This document shows, piece by piece, positions 1 to 8,733 of a DNA stretch of 32,000 bases. Below the pieces are notes generated by a model. That model saw only the letters and a list, made by a program, of their open reading frames with translations, searched no databases and was not told the DNA's origin. Every line of letters starts with the position of its first letter. The first letter of the stretch is position 1. The stretch spans positions 840,001-872,000 of the forward strand of contig NC_014148.1 of the NCBI RefSeq assembly GCF_000092105.1. Reading direction: 5' to 3'. The stretch comes from Planctopirus limnophila DSM 3776. GTDB taxonomy: Bacteria > Planctomycetota > Planctomycetia > Planctomycetales > Planctomycetaceae. The position numbers were made by a program, and so were the translations under genes.

Positions 1-1
1 T

Positions 2-712
2 CGTGCGAAGGATGGAAAGCCTGGTTACGACAGCCATCTGGAAGCTGGTGCCCGCAAGGTCATTCTTTCTGCACCTGCCAAGGATACACCTGACCTGACC
101 GTCGTGGTGGGCGTCAACGACAATCAGCTCACTCCCGAGCACAAGTGCATCTCGAATGCCAGTTGCACCACCAACTGCCTGGCTCCCGTGGCGAAGGTGC
201 TGCACGAAAACTTTGGCATCGTCAAGGGTTTGATGACCACTTGCCACGCCTACACCAACGACCAGCGTCTCGCTGACCAGTTGCACGATAACATTCATCG
301 CTCACGAGCTGCCGCCGTGAATATTATCCCCACATCGACCGGTGCCGCTAAGGCCGTCGGTGAAGTTCTGCCAGAACTCAATGGCAAGCTGACCGGGATT
401 TCGCTGCGAGTCCCTGTGCCTTGCGGCAGCATTACCGACCTGGTCGCCGAACTTGGCAAGGACGTGACTGTTGATGAAGTGAATGCTGCTGTGAAAGCTG
501 CTGCCGAAGGCCCGCTGAAGGGAATTCTGCAGTACAACACCGATCCCATCGTTTCGAGCGATGTGATTGGTAATGCTCACAGCTCGATTTTCGACGCTCC
601 CTGGACCATGGTTCTCCAGAAGCGGATGATCAAGATTCTGAGCTGGTACGACAACGAGTTTGGCTATTCCAACCGGACAGCCGACCTCATTGCCAAGGTT
701 GCCAAGCTCTAA
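2..712 (+). CDS. gap: Glyceraldehyde-3-phosphate dehydrogenase, C-terminal 236 codons (5' end lies upstream of the window)
   Basis: The frame is open from base 2 (..[17 protein letters not shown]..). The translation contains [13 protein letters not shown] (type I GAPDH catalytic Cys motif), [21 protein letters not shown] and [10 protein letters not shown] strong intrinsic terminator follows. Confidence 0.9.
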   Translation, partial: RAKDGKPGYDSHLEAGARKVILSAPAKDTPDLTVVVGVNDNQLTPEHKCISNASCTTNCLAPVAKVLHENFGIVKGLMTTCHAYTNDQRLADQLHDNIHRSRAAAVNIIPTSTGAAKAVGEVLPELNGKLTGISLRVPVPCGSITDLVAELGKDVTVDEVNAAVKAAAEGPLKGILQYNTDPIVSSDVIGNAHSSIFDAPWTMVLQKRMIKILSWYDNEFGYSNRTADLIAKVAKL

Positions 713-722
713 TTGGATGATG

Positions 723-760
723 ATGACCACCAGGGCGGATGGCTCTGGTGGTCATTTTTT
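723..760 (+). terminator. Rho-independent terminator of gap
   Basis: Perfect 11-bp stem ATGACCACCAG (723-733) / CTGGTGGTCAT (745-755) with an 11-nt loop, running directly into a T6 tract (755-760), 11 nt after the gap stop codon. Confidence 0.8.
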
Positions 761-940
761 ACTCTTCACTGGTCGATGAGCGCGAGTTCAATGATCAGAA
801 TCTCTGGCTGAGGATATGTCCTCGGCCCTGTCGGTCTGACGGTTTCTTTGGAATCCGTGGATGATTTAGCCAGTCTGCATCGAAAAAATGATGCAGGTCT
901 GGTTTCCGACAGCCAATGATGGTTTGTCCTCAGGTACTGT

Positions 941-1645
941 ATGGTTCCGAATCCTTCTCGACTTGATGCGGCATTGGGTAGCCAGATCCCTGTGATCGCT
1001 CCGTCAATGCTCAAAGTCGATTTTGCAGATCTCGCGACAGAAGTCAGTCGGTTGGAAGAGGCCCATGCACATCTGCTGCACTGGGATGTGATGGACGGGA
1101 ACTTTGTTCCCAATCTGTCGTATGGAGCCATGCTGATTGCCAGTGTCCGCAAGAGAACGTCCTTGTTCTTTGACGCACACCTGATGATTGCTCATCCGGA
1201 AAAGTATGTGGATGAGTACTTAGCCGCCGGATGTGACGCCATCACAGTTCATATTGAAGCGGCACCAGAGCCTGCCGAGATTCTCCAGAGAATTCGTGCA
1301 GGGGGTGCGCATGCTGGTCTGGCGATTAACCCGCATACACCACTTTCGCACCTCGAGCCATGGCTTGATCAATGCGATCTGGTTCTGGTGATGAGTGTGC
1401 AGCCCGGGTTTGGCGGTCAGAAATTTATGCCCGAGGTGCTTGATAAAGTTCGCGCTTTGCGAAGCCGGCTCGCACCACATGTCCGGCTTTCGATTGATGG
1501 CGGGATAGGAACGACGACGATTGCTGCAGCATCAGCTGCGGGGGCACGCCTGTTTGTTGCAGGAAGTGCAATTTTTGATGTCAGCGATTATGCCATTGCC
1601 ATGAGGCAACTGGAGCAGTTGGCATCTTCTTCTTTGGAGTGTTGA
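941..1645 (+). CDS. rpe: Ribulose-phosphate 3-epimerase
   Basis: IAPSMLKVDFADL, HWDVMDGNFVPN, DAHLM, MSVQPGFGGQKF and IDGGI match the Rpe TIM-barrel signature. The start could be ATG 941 or the in-frame GTG at 992 just before IAPS. Confidence 0.9.
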   Translation: MVPNPSRLDAALGSQIPVIAPSMLKVDFADLATEVSRLEEAHAHLLHWDVMDGNFVPNLSYGAMLIASVRKRTSLFFDAHLMIAHPEKYVDEYLAAGCDAITVHIEAAPEPAEILQRIRAGGAHAGLAINPHTPLSHLEPWLDQCDLVLVMSVQPGFGGQKFMPEVLDKVRALRSRLAPHVRLSIDGGIGTTTIAAASAAGARLFVAGSAIFDVSDYAIAMRQLEQLASSSLEC

Positions 1646-1650
1646 GGCAT

Positions 1651-2451
1651 ATGTCTCGCTGTTCACACGTTGTTCTGGTGCAACCAGGGGCAACGGAATT
1701 GTGTTCACAAATGCGTGTTGTTGGTGGGCTCGATGTTTCGCTTTCTCCCCGAGGGATTGAGCAAGTCGCTGCGACGGGAACTTTTCTTCACGAACTGGTC
1801 ACCAAAGATCTGGCTGTCGGGGCGATTTACTCGTCAGACTCCGGGCCCGCTTTCGAAGCTGCCCAGATCCTGGCCACTCAATTGGGTTTTCCAATTGTTG
1901 CTACACCTTTGCTGGCCAATCAGTCGCTGGGATTGTGGGAAGGCCTGCAGAGGTCAGAAATCGAGCGGAAGTATGGACGCCGATTCTGTTCGAAAGGTGC
2001 CTTTCTGGATGTGGAATCGCCTCCCGAAGGAGAAGCTGGCGATGATGTGCGCCAGCGTGTCGCCACGATCTTGAAAAAGGCCACCAGACGGTATCTGGGA
2101 TTGATCATTATGGCCGATGATCCGCTGATTCGCTATGTGCGGGAGTTTCTGTCGCCAGCCGAAACGATGATTCTGGAAGCTCCTGAGAAGGGAAATTCAT
2201 CGTCTCAGACTGCTCCCGAATTGCAGAAATCTACCAGTTCCCTGGGCGAATCTGGCCATGAGCTGTCGACAGTTAAAGTGGCAGAAGTTGATCATTGCCA
2301 CTGCGAATTATTAACAATCTGCAACACGATCCCGGCACCACGGATGGCCAGTCGCTGGTCAATTTTCAGTGGCTGGATGGGGCAGTCATCTGTTGCCAAT
2401 TCCAACTCAGTGACAGCAGTGACAGCAGTGACAGAATCGCAGACCATTTAA
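1651..2451 (+). CDS. Histidine-phosphatase (PGM-like) fold protein with degenerate catalytic motifs and a low-complexity C-terminal half
   Basis: The family scaffold is recognisable: VVLVQPGATE..GGLDVSLSPRGIEQVAATG..AIYSSDSGPAFEAAQILA..LGLWEGL..EIERKY..LIIMADDPLIRYV. The RHG motif reads QPG, and the later Arg and His positions are also substituted. ATG 1651 is preceded by GGAG (1636-1639); the track start, GTG 1639, overlaps the rpe stop. Confidence 0.5.
   Translation: MSRCSHVVLVQPGATELCSQMRVVGGLDVSLSPRGIEQVAATGTFLHELVTKDLAVGAIYSSDSGPAFEAAQILATQLGFPIVATPLLANQSLGLWEGLQRSEIERKYGRRFCSKGAFLDVESPPEGEAGDDVRQRVATILKKATRRYLGLIIMADDPLIRYVREFLSPAETMILEAPEKGNSSSQTAPELQKSTSSLGESGHELSTVKVAEVDHCHCELLTICNTIPAPRMASRWSIFSGWMGQSSVANSNSVTAVTAVTESQTI
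2408..2434 (+). repeat. Perfect 9-bp x 3 in-frame tandem repeat (cagtgacag)3
   Basis: Read directly from the sequence. It encodes SVTAVTAVT near the C-terminus of the 1651-2451 CDS. Confidence 0.9.
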
Positions 2452-2731
2452 GTGCGTGGATATCAGGCTGAGGCATTTCCAGCATTGCCGTGAAAAAAAT
2501 TGATCCCGGTTTGTTCACGACCTGTCGTGTACTCTCGGCAAAATTTCCCGTTTTCGTTATACTGCCACGCATGAAAGTCTGTGGCCAAAGGACATTTCCG
2601 CCGACAGTCAACGTACGAAAACCGTGTTCCTGTGAGATCATCGGAACAAGCGATACCCTGGACATCGAAATTCAACAGTCAGTATCCTGAGCAGATTAAT
2701 TTGTCAGGGCTTACTGGGGTAAGGATCATCA

Positions 2732-3589
<858 letters not shown>

Positions 3590-3673
3590 TCGGTCTATAT
3601 GCAGAGCACATGCTCTCTGTTCTCTGTAAACTTTGAGATCTGCCAAACACCTCTTAAACGAGGCGGAGCAGGA

Positions 3674-5281
3674 CTAATCTCGCAGAGGTGCCAGAACGGG
3701 AGGCCAGTCCTTGTCAGAGACTTCGGGAGTGACGCCACCCGGAGGAAGTGACTTGCCAACCGCCTCTTTCAAGAGAGCCGAAAGCTCGGTGATTTTGGCG
3801 GCGTATTCAGGTTTTTCGGCCAGGTTATTCAACTCTTTGGGGTCCGCCAAGTGATCGTACAACTCACGACCCCGCTGGCCATCATCCCATTCCGTGTAGC
3901 GGTACTTGTCGGTTCTCAGGCTGTAGCCAAAAAACCGATTGCTGGTGGGCTGTGGTTGAGGAACTGACGCAGCGGTTCCCTTTTTGGCTGCGGCTCCCGC
4001 ACGATTGGGATTTCCTTGATTCCGCATGACCTGAGTCAACGCCCAGCCGCGACCTTTGGCCTGCGGATCAGTCAGCAACGAAACCAGCGATTGGCCTTGC
4101 AGACTGGCGGGAGTGGGAATGTTCGCCAGCTTTGCCAAAGTTGGATAAAGATCCACTTGAGAAACGGGTTCTGTAACCACCTGGCCAGCCTTGGAGATTC
4201 CGGGAGCAGAAATCAGCAGTGGGACTCGGGCACTTTCTTCGAACAGACTTTGCTTCTGCCAGAGACCATGCTCCCCGAGGTGATAGCCATGATCACTGGT
4301 GAAAACGACAATCGTGTTGTCGGCGAGGCCATTCTCTTTCAGCGAGGCCAGGACTCGCCCCACCTGGGCATCCATGAAGCTGATGCTGGCAAAATAGGCT
4401 TGCAGGATTTCCTGCCGCATGGGATCGGTAAGTTGATCCTGCTCTTTCTTGGCACTGGCCAGTGCCGGCTTCGGGATATCGAGTTGATCTTCCTGGATGC
4501 CGGGGATCAAAGGCATTTGAGGTCGATCATACCAACCGAAATAAGGTTCGGCAGGAGCCACGAATGGTGTGTGTGGGCGATAGAAGCCAACTGCCAGAAA
4601 GAACGGCTGCTGCGGATGCTGAGCAAAACGTTTGAGTAAAAGTTCGGCTTCGGTGGCGACCTTGCCATCGGTATGTTCGAGATCCTTGCCGGGGGATGCA
4701 TACCAACTCAGTGTGCCACCAAATTGCCGGGGTGTGAGAGTGTGAATCTTGTCTTCTTCCTGCAGGTGATCGATCCCTGCGGGATTGATTTTCAGTTCCC
4801 ACGAAGCCGGGTCGTCATGACCATCCGTCCCGATCGATGTCGGAACGTTGTAGTGATAAAGTTTGCCAATTCGAGCGGAGAAATACCCAGCCTTGCGAAA
4901 CTGTTCGGGGAGACTGGAGTGCTGAGGGATCGATTGCCGGAAGATCTGCGAGTTCTGCAGAATACCGGTCGAGTTGGGGTACAGACCCGTCAGAATGGAA
5001 TTGCGACTGGGGCCGCATAAAGGAAAGGTGCAGTAGGCTTTGTCGAAGCGAACTGATTGCTGAGCGAGTCGATCGATGTGAGGCGTTTTGACAAGAGGAT
5101 GACCATAGCATCCCAGAGAGTTATTCAGATCATCAGCGATAATGAAAAGGATGTTCGGACGGGCTGTTTTCTGAGAACTGACGGCTGGTGATGGATCTTC
5201 GGCAAGAAGTGGGGAGACCGCGTGTATAATGAAAAAAGCGATTCCCAAAGAGACAGACAGGCCAGCAAAGCGGTGGATCAT
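3674..5281 (-). CDS. Secreted Cys-type (formylglycine) sulfatase, iduronate-2-sulfatase-like
   Basis: Start chosen at the ATG at 5281, with GGAG about 6 nt upstream. The signal peptide is MIHRFAGLSVSLGIAFFIIHAVSPLLA. Motifs NILFIIADDL, the sulfatase signature PLCGPSRNSILTG and VFTSDHGYHLGEHG are present. The 101 codons upstream in the track ORF overlap the divergent DUF2892 gene and are probably not translated. Confidence 0.9.
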   Translation of the reverse strand: MIHRFAGLSVSLGIAFFIIHAVSPLLAEDPSPAVSSQKTARPNILFIIADDLNNSLGCYGHPLVKTPHIDRLAQQSVRFDKAYCTFPLCGPSRNSILTGLYPNSTGILQNSQIFRQSIPQHSSLPEQFRKAGYFSARIGKLYHYNVPTSIGTDGHDDPASWELKINPAGIDHLQEEDKIHTLTPRQFGGTLSWYASPGKDLEHTDGKVATEAELLLKRFAQHPQQPFFLAVGFYRPHTPFVAPAEPYFGWYDRPQMPLIPGIQEDQLDIPKPALASAKKEQDQLTDPMRQEILQAYFASISFMDAQVGRVLASLKENGLADNTIVVFTSDHGYHLGEHGLWQKQSLFEESARVPLLISAPGISKAGQVVTEPVSQVDLYPTLAKLANIPTPASLQGQSLVSLLTDPQAKGRGWALTQVMRNQGNPNRAGAAAKKGTAASVPQPQPTSNRFFGYSLRTDKYRYTEWDDGQRGRELYDHLADPKELNNLAEKPEYAAKITELSALLKEAVGKSLPPGGVTPEVSDKDWPPVLAPLRD

Positions 5282-5427
5282 GGGGAACTCCTGCAATGAA
5301 CTGCGGCATTGGTGTGAATTCTCAGTGGCATCAAGCACAGCTTGGCAGATATCCCGCGAAATCGCATAACGAATTTTGATCATCTGCCACGATTTTGCTG
5401 CGAACAAAGAGAAAGTGAGGTCATCCC

Positions 5428-5652
5428 ATGCAGTGCAACATCGATCAGAAGGGACGCCGGGTCCGCATGATTGGCGGTATTGTTTGTACGATTGGCGGAC
5501 TGGTCTGCCTGGGTGTGGCCATTGCCGGACTGGCGGTGATTGCGATGGTCTGTACCGGGATTGCCCTGCTGATTTCGGGGGCATTTCAAATTTATGAGGC
5601 CCGCAAAGGCTGGTGTGCCATTCGCGCGATGGGCTTCAAGACCCCGATTTAG
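5428..5652 (+). CDS. Small two-helix membrane protein, DUF2892 / YgaP-like transmembrane domain
   Basis: 74 aa with two hydrophobic helices (IGGIVCTIGGLVCLGVAIAGLAVIAMVCTGIALLISGAF) and a C-terminal GWCAIRAMGFKT that matches the GxCPLYxxLGxxT tail of the family. The match is from memory. Confidence 0.6.
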   Translation: MQCNIDQKGRRVRMIGGIVCTIGGLVCLGVAIAGLAVIAMVCTGIALLISGAFQIYEARKGWCAIRAMGFKTPI

Positions 5653-5842
5653 GTTGGATGGGGACTTGTTGGTGCGTGCGAACACATTCTCATCATGACG
5701 AGTCGACAAATCCCAGAAATCAATAGAGCGTTGGGTTCAGTCAAGCATGCTTGCTCGAAGCCGCAAGCATGGCACACAAATTACTCTTAATCGACGAATC
5801 CGAGTCAGGTGTTCATTGCTCTCGATTCGATGGAATATCGCT

Positions 5843-7138
5843 CTATTGGTTCTGTCTGGAAGTTTCGATTGATCGAGACGACTGGCGTGCCAGGGCTTTC
5901 TGGCGTTCGGGTTTCGTGGCATGCCAGACAGATCGAAGCATTCTTTCCTGAGCGATCGAAAACTCTACGCCACGACGGCTCATGGCAATGGCTGCCGTTT
6001 CGAGCAGGGGTTCGATGCTGGATAGCTCTTCGATCTCTCCGTGCCAGAATCGGGTAAACGAGGGAATATGTTTGGGGAGGAGTTCGCCCGCCGGGAGAAT
6101 CATACTCATCACGCCCACGGCACTTCCCGTATTGAACATGCTCCCCAGACCCGTTTTCACGTGGTCGGCAAGAAAGCAGCCCACCTTTTTCTCACCCGTT
6201 GCGATCGATGTGCCACCAATGGGGACGGAGACATTCGAGTAATCGTTTTTCAAGTCGCTATTGGTCGTAATGGCCCCCAGATTCACCCACGAGCCGACAT
6301 AGCTGTGGCCCAGAAAGCCATCGTGGTACTTGTTCGAGAAGCCTTGGAAGACGGAATTCTCGATCTCTCCACCCACCCGGCACATGGGGCCAAAACTGGT
6401 ACCCGCGCGGAGGTTCGTACGGAAAAGTTGAGTCCCCGGGCCAACATAACAGGGGCCTTCCATACGGGTAAACGCCTGAATGACGGCATCGCGGTCGATG
6501 TAAATGGGGCCACCCGTCGTATCGAAGACGACAAAAGGATCGACTTTGGCAGATTCATGAACCCACAGCGCTTGCGTTGGCCCCACGATTGTGAAGGTCT
6601 GGTTTGGATGAGCTTTCAGTTCACTTGAGGATGATTGTCGGAAGGCATGATCCTCACAGATCTGCTGCTCATTCTCATTGACCAGATTCCATGGTCTTCG
6701 CAGGATCTTTCCGGGTGAGACGACTCGCTTGCGAGATTGAGCCAGCCGGACGAGCGATTCGTCGAGGTGATGATCGAGTAGCAAGGTGGCTTCGAGTGGA
6801 TCGCAAACTAGCCAGGCGATTTCTCCATCGACGATTCCCACAGATTCATCGCTGAATTCCGGGACTTCTGCGGGATTGCAGAGCCATTGACCATTCAGCA
6901 ACAGTGTGTGACCACCAGCCAGCCAGCGGGCATCATTGACGTAAGCATCGGGATGGGATTCGCGATACGTTTCGAGAAGGTGCGGACGAATAATCGCCCC
7001 CCATTCATCCGGCTGCAAAACTTTCAGCCAGCGTTCACGTGTGGAAAAGTGGCCTGTCAGCAACTCGAACACGGGACGGACCCAGACGAGTGGCTCAAGA
7101 GCTGATGAAGCGGAGTTTTCAAAAATTGCCAGACGCAT
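5843..7138 (-). CDS. Putative sugar nucleotidyltransferase / left-handed beta-helix protein (alternative GlmU-like family)
   Basis: The N-terminus MRLAIFENSASSALEPLVWVRPVFELLTGHFSTRERW resembles the alt-GlmU 'putative sugar nucleotidyl transferase' family. The C-terminal half has hexapeptide-repeat character (GPGTQLF.., GGEIENSVF, GHSYVGSWVNLGAITTNSDLKN). Confidence 0.6.
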   Translation of the reverse strand: MRLAIFENSASSALEPLVWVRPVFELLTGHFSTRERWLKVLQPDEWGAIIRPHLLETYRESHPDAYVNDARWLAGGHTLLLNGQWLCNPAEVPEFSDESVGIVDGEIAWLVCDPLEATLLLDHHLDESLVRLAQSRKRVVSPGKILRRPWNLVNENEQQICEDHAFRQSSSSELKAHPNQTFTIVGPTQALWVHESAKVDPFVVFDTTGGPIYIDRDAVIQAFTRMEGPCYVGPGTQLFRTNLRAGTSFGPMCRVGGEIENSVFQGFSNKYHDGFLGHSYVGSWVNLGAITTNSDLKNDYSNVSVPIGGTSIATGEKKVGCFLADHVKTGLGSMFNTGSAVGVMSMILPAGELLPKHIPSFTRFWHGEIEELSSIEPLLETAAIAMSRRGVEFSIAQERMLRSVWHATKPERQKALARQSSRSIETSRQNQ

Positions 7139-7576
7139 GACGGGATTCCCTTCGCTGTCGTGCTTCCTGCAGAATTTTCATTTTGTCGTTGTCAATTTAG
7201 GCAATTCGAATTTTCTGGTGAAGACGACTTTTGAATTCATACGTGTGGTTTTGGTGGAGGGGGAGCGATTTGGGTAAATTTGCTACGTTGACACAAACTT
7301 CACTCCCTTCTTTGAAACGGCTTGATAAGCTGACTGTGGTGCGTTAGTCGTCAATCGTGGATGAAAGTGCGTGGTGCGTGACGGCCACTTTCTCACGATG
7401 TCCAGGTTGGTTTTCCAATCGTCTGAGTGATCCCATCACCTTCCATCTTTAAGAGTTCCATCATGCTTGCTCCTCAAATATCGACTTTTAATGGGTCTCA
7501 GCCTGCAAGGTTACAGGTCAGTGATGGTCAGGCCGATTGCTGGATCACGATTGGAACATCGACAGGCGCCACACGC

Positions 7577-8596
7577 ATGCTGCGGGTGAGTGCCGTCCTG
7601 CTGGTTATGGGTGTTCTGGGAACGCTGGGTGGAACAGTTTCTTCGGCATTCGCCCAGCAGAGTGCGGCACCAACGCCGACACCCATCTCAAGGGCGACTC
7701 CTGTGGCGGCACCGGTTGCTGCACCACCTGCGAGTGAAGAGCCACTGGCCATTGTCACCAGCTTTGCTGAGAAGTATGGCCAGGCCTTCAATGCTGCGAA
7801 GATCGATGACCTTATTGCCTTGTGGCGTGCGACGGGAACCTATGAGGACGAAACCGATGGGCTGATTGTGACTGGCCATGCAGCACTCAAAGAAGGGTTC
7901 GGCAACCTCTTCAAAGAAAACCCGGGCCTGCGGATTATTGCGAATGTGCAATCGGTGCGACCCGTCACCAAGGAAGTGCTGATGTTCGAAGGAATCGTCA
8001 CGACCAGTGCTCCAGAGAGTGACGCCACGGTCTCAAGCTTTGAGGCTGTGCTCGTCAAGGAAGGGAATCAGTGGTTACTCGATTCGGTGAAAGAATCGGC
8101 TGCGGTCGAAGGAAAGGCCATGTTGCAGAACCTGGCCTGGCTGGTGGGTGAGTGGCGCGACGACAATCAGGATGTTTCCATTGAGACGACTGTGCGCTGG
8201 TCAAGTCAGCAGGCTTTTCTGATTCGGGCCTACAAGGTGCGAATTGATGACGAGATCAGCCATGAAGGGACACAAGTGATCGGCTGGGACGCGCAGCAGA
8301 AAACGATCCGTTCGTGGAATTTTGAATCGGATGGTGCTTTTGGTGAAGGCCTCTGGACCCTGGCCAGTGGGGAATGGACGATTCGCAATACAATGACACT
8401 GGCTGATGGAACACGCGGATCTTCGCGGCAGATCTTGAGGCCGGAATCGGCAGATGCCTACACGGTCGAATCCGTTGGTCGCGAATTGGGTGGTGTGCCA
8501 CTTCCATCCACGGGAGAGATCCGCGTGATTCGCGTCAACAGCGAGTCGATGACTCAGGTGGAATCAGCTCCCAATGCGAATGTTCCAGGTCGGTGA
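7577..8596 (+). CDS. Secreted protein with two NTF2-like (SnoaL/DUF4440-like) domains
   Basis: Start chosen at ATG 7577, which gives the signal peptide MLRVSAVLLVMGVLGTLGGTVSSAFA. An Ala/Pro linker follows, then FAEKYGQAFNAAKIDDLIALW...TGHAALKEGF (SnoaL-like) and a second LAWLVGEWRDD...IGWDAQQKTIRSWNFESDGAFGEGLW module. No catalytic assignment is possible. Confidence 0.5.
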   Translation: MLRVSAVLLVMGVLGTLGGTVSSAFAQQSAAPTPTPISRATPVAAPVAAPPASEEPLAIVTSFAEKYGQAFNAAKIDDLIALWRATGTYEDETDGLIVTGHAALKEGFGNLFKENPGLRIIANVQSVRPVTKEVLMFEGIVTTSAPESDATVSSFEAVLVKEGNQWLLDSVKESAAVEGKAMLQNLAWLVGEWRDDNQDVSIETTVRWSSQQAFLIRAYKVRIDDEISHEGTQVIGWDAQQKTIRSWNFESDGAFGEGLWTLASGEWTIRNTMTLADGTRGSSRQILRPESADAYTVESVGRELGGVPLPSTGEIRVIRVNSESMTQVESAPNANVPGR

Positions 8597-8733
8597 GTTG
8601 CTTAGGGCGTACCTGTTCTGAGGCTGGAGCCATCTCAGATATTGAACGCCAACATTGGTATTGAGACCCAGAAGCATTGTTTTTCGAGACCACGACTCCA
8701 CTCCATATGCCGGGCGACATCCAGGGAGCGATC

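Noticed and set aside
4016-4639. 207-aa ORF antisense to the sulfatase gene
   Set aside because: It has no recognisable motifs and lies entirely inside a well-supported CDS on the other strand. This is a typical shadow ORF of moderately GC-rich coding DNA. The same reasoning applies to 6041-6628, 16036-16560, 19681-20247, 21441-21980 and 25025-25732.
5282-5584. 101-codon N-terminal extension of the sulfatase ORF in the six-frame track
   Set aside because: The extension is Arg/Pro/Gln-rich with no signal peptide, and it overlaps the DUF2892 gene on the opposite strand. The internal ATG at 5281 has a GGAG and yields a proper signal peptide.
5746-5771. Hairpin CATGCTTGC-N8-GCAAGCATG (overlapping a 12-bp palindrome CAAGCATGCTTG) between the DUF2892 and GlmU-like genes
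   Set aside because: The structure is real, but it has no U-tract on either strand, so I could not decide between a terminator, an operator or chance. It is noted but not called as a feature.
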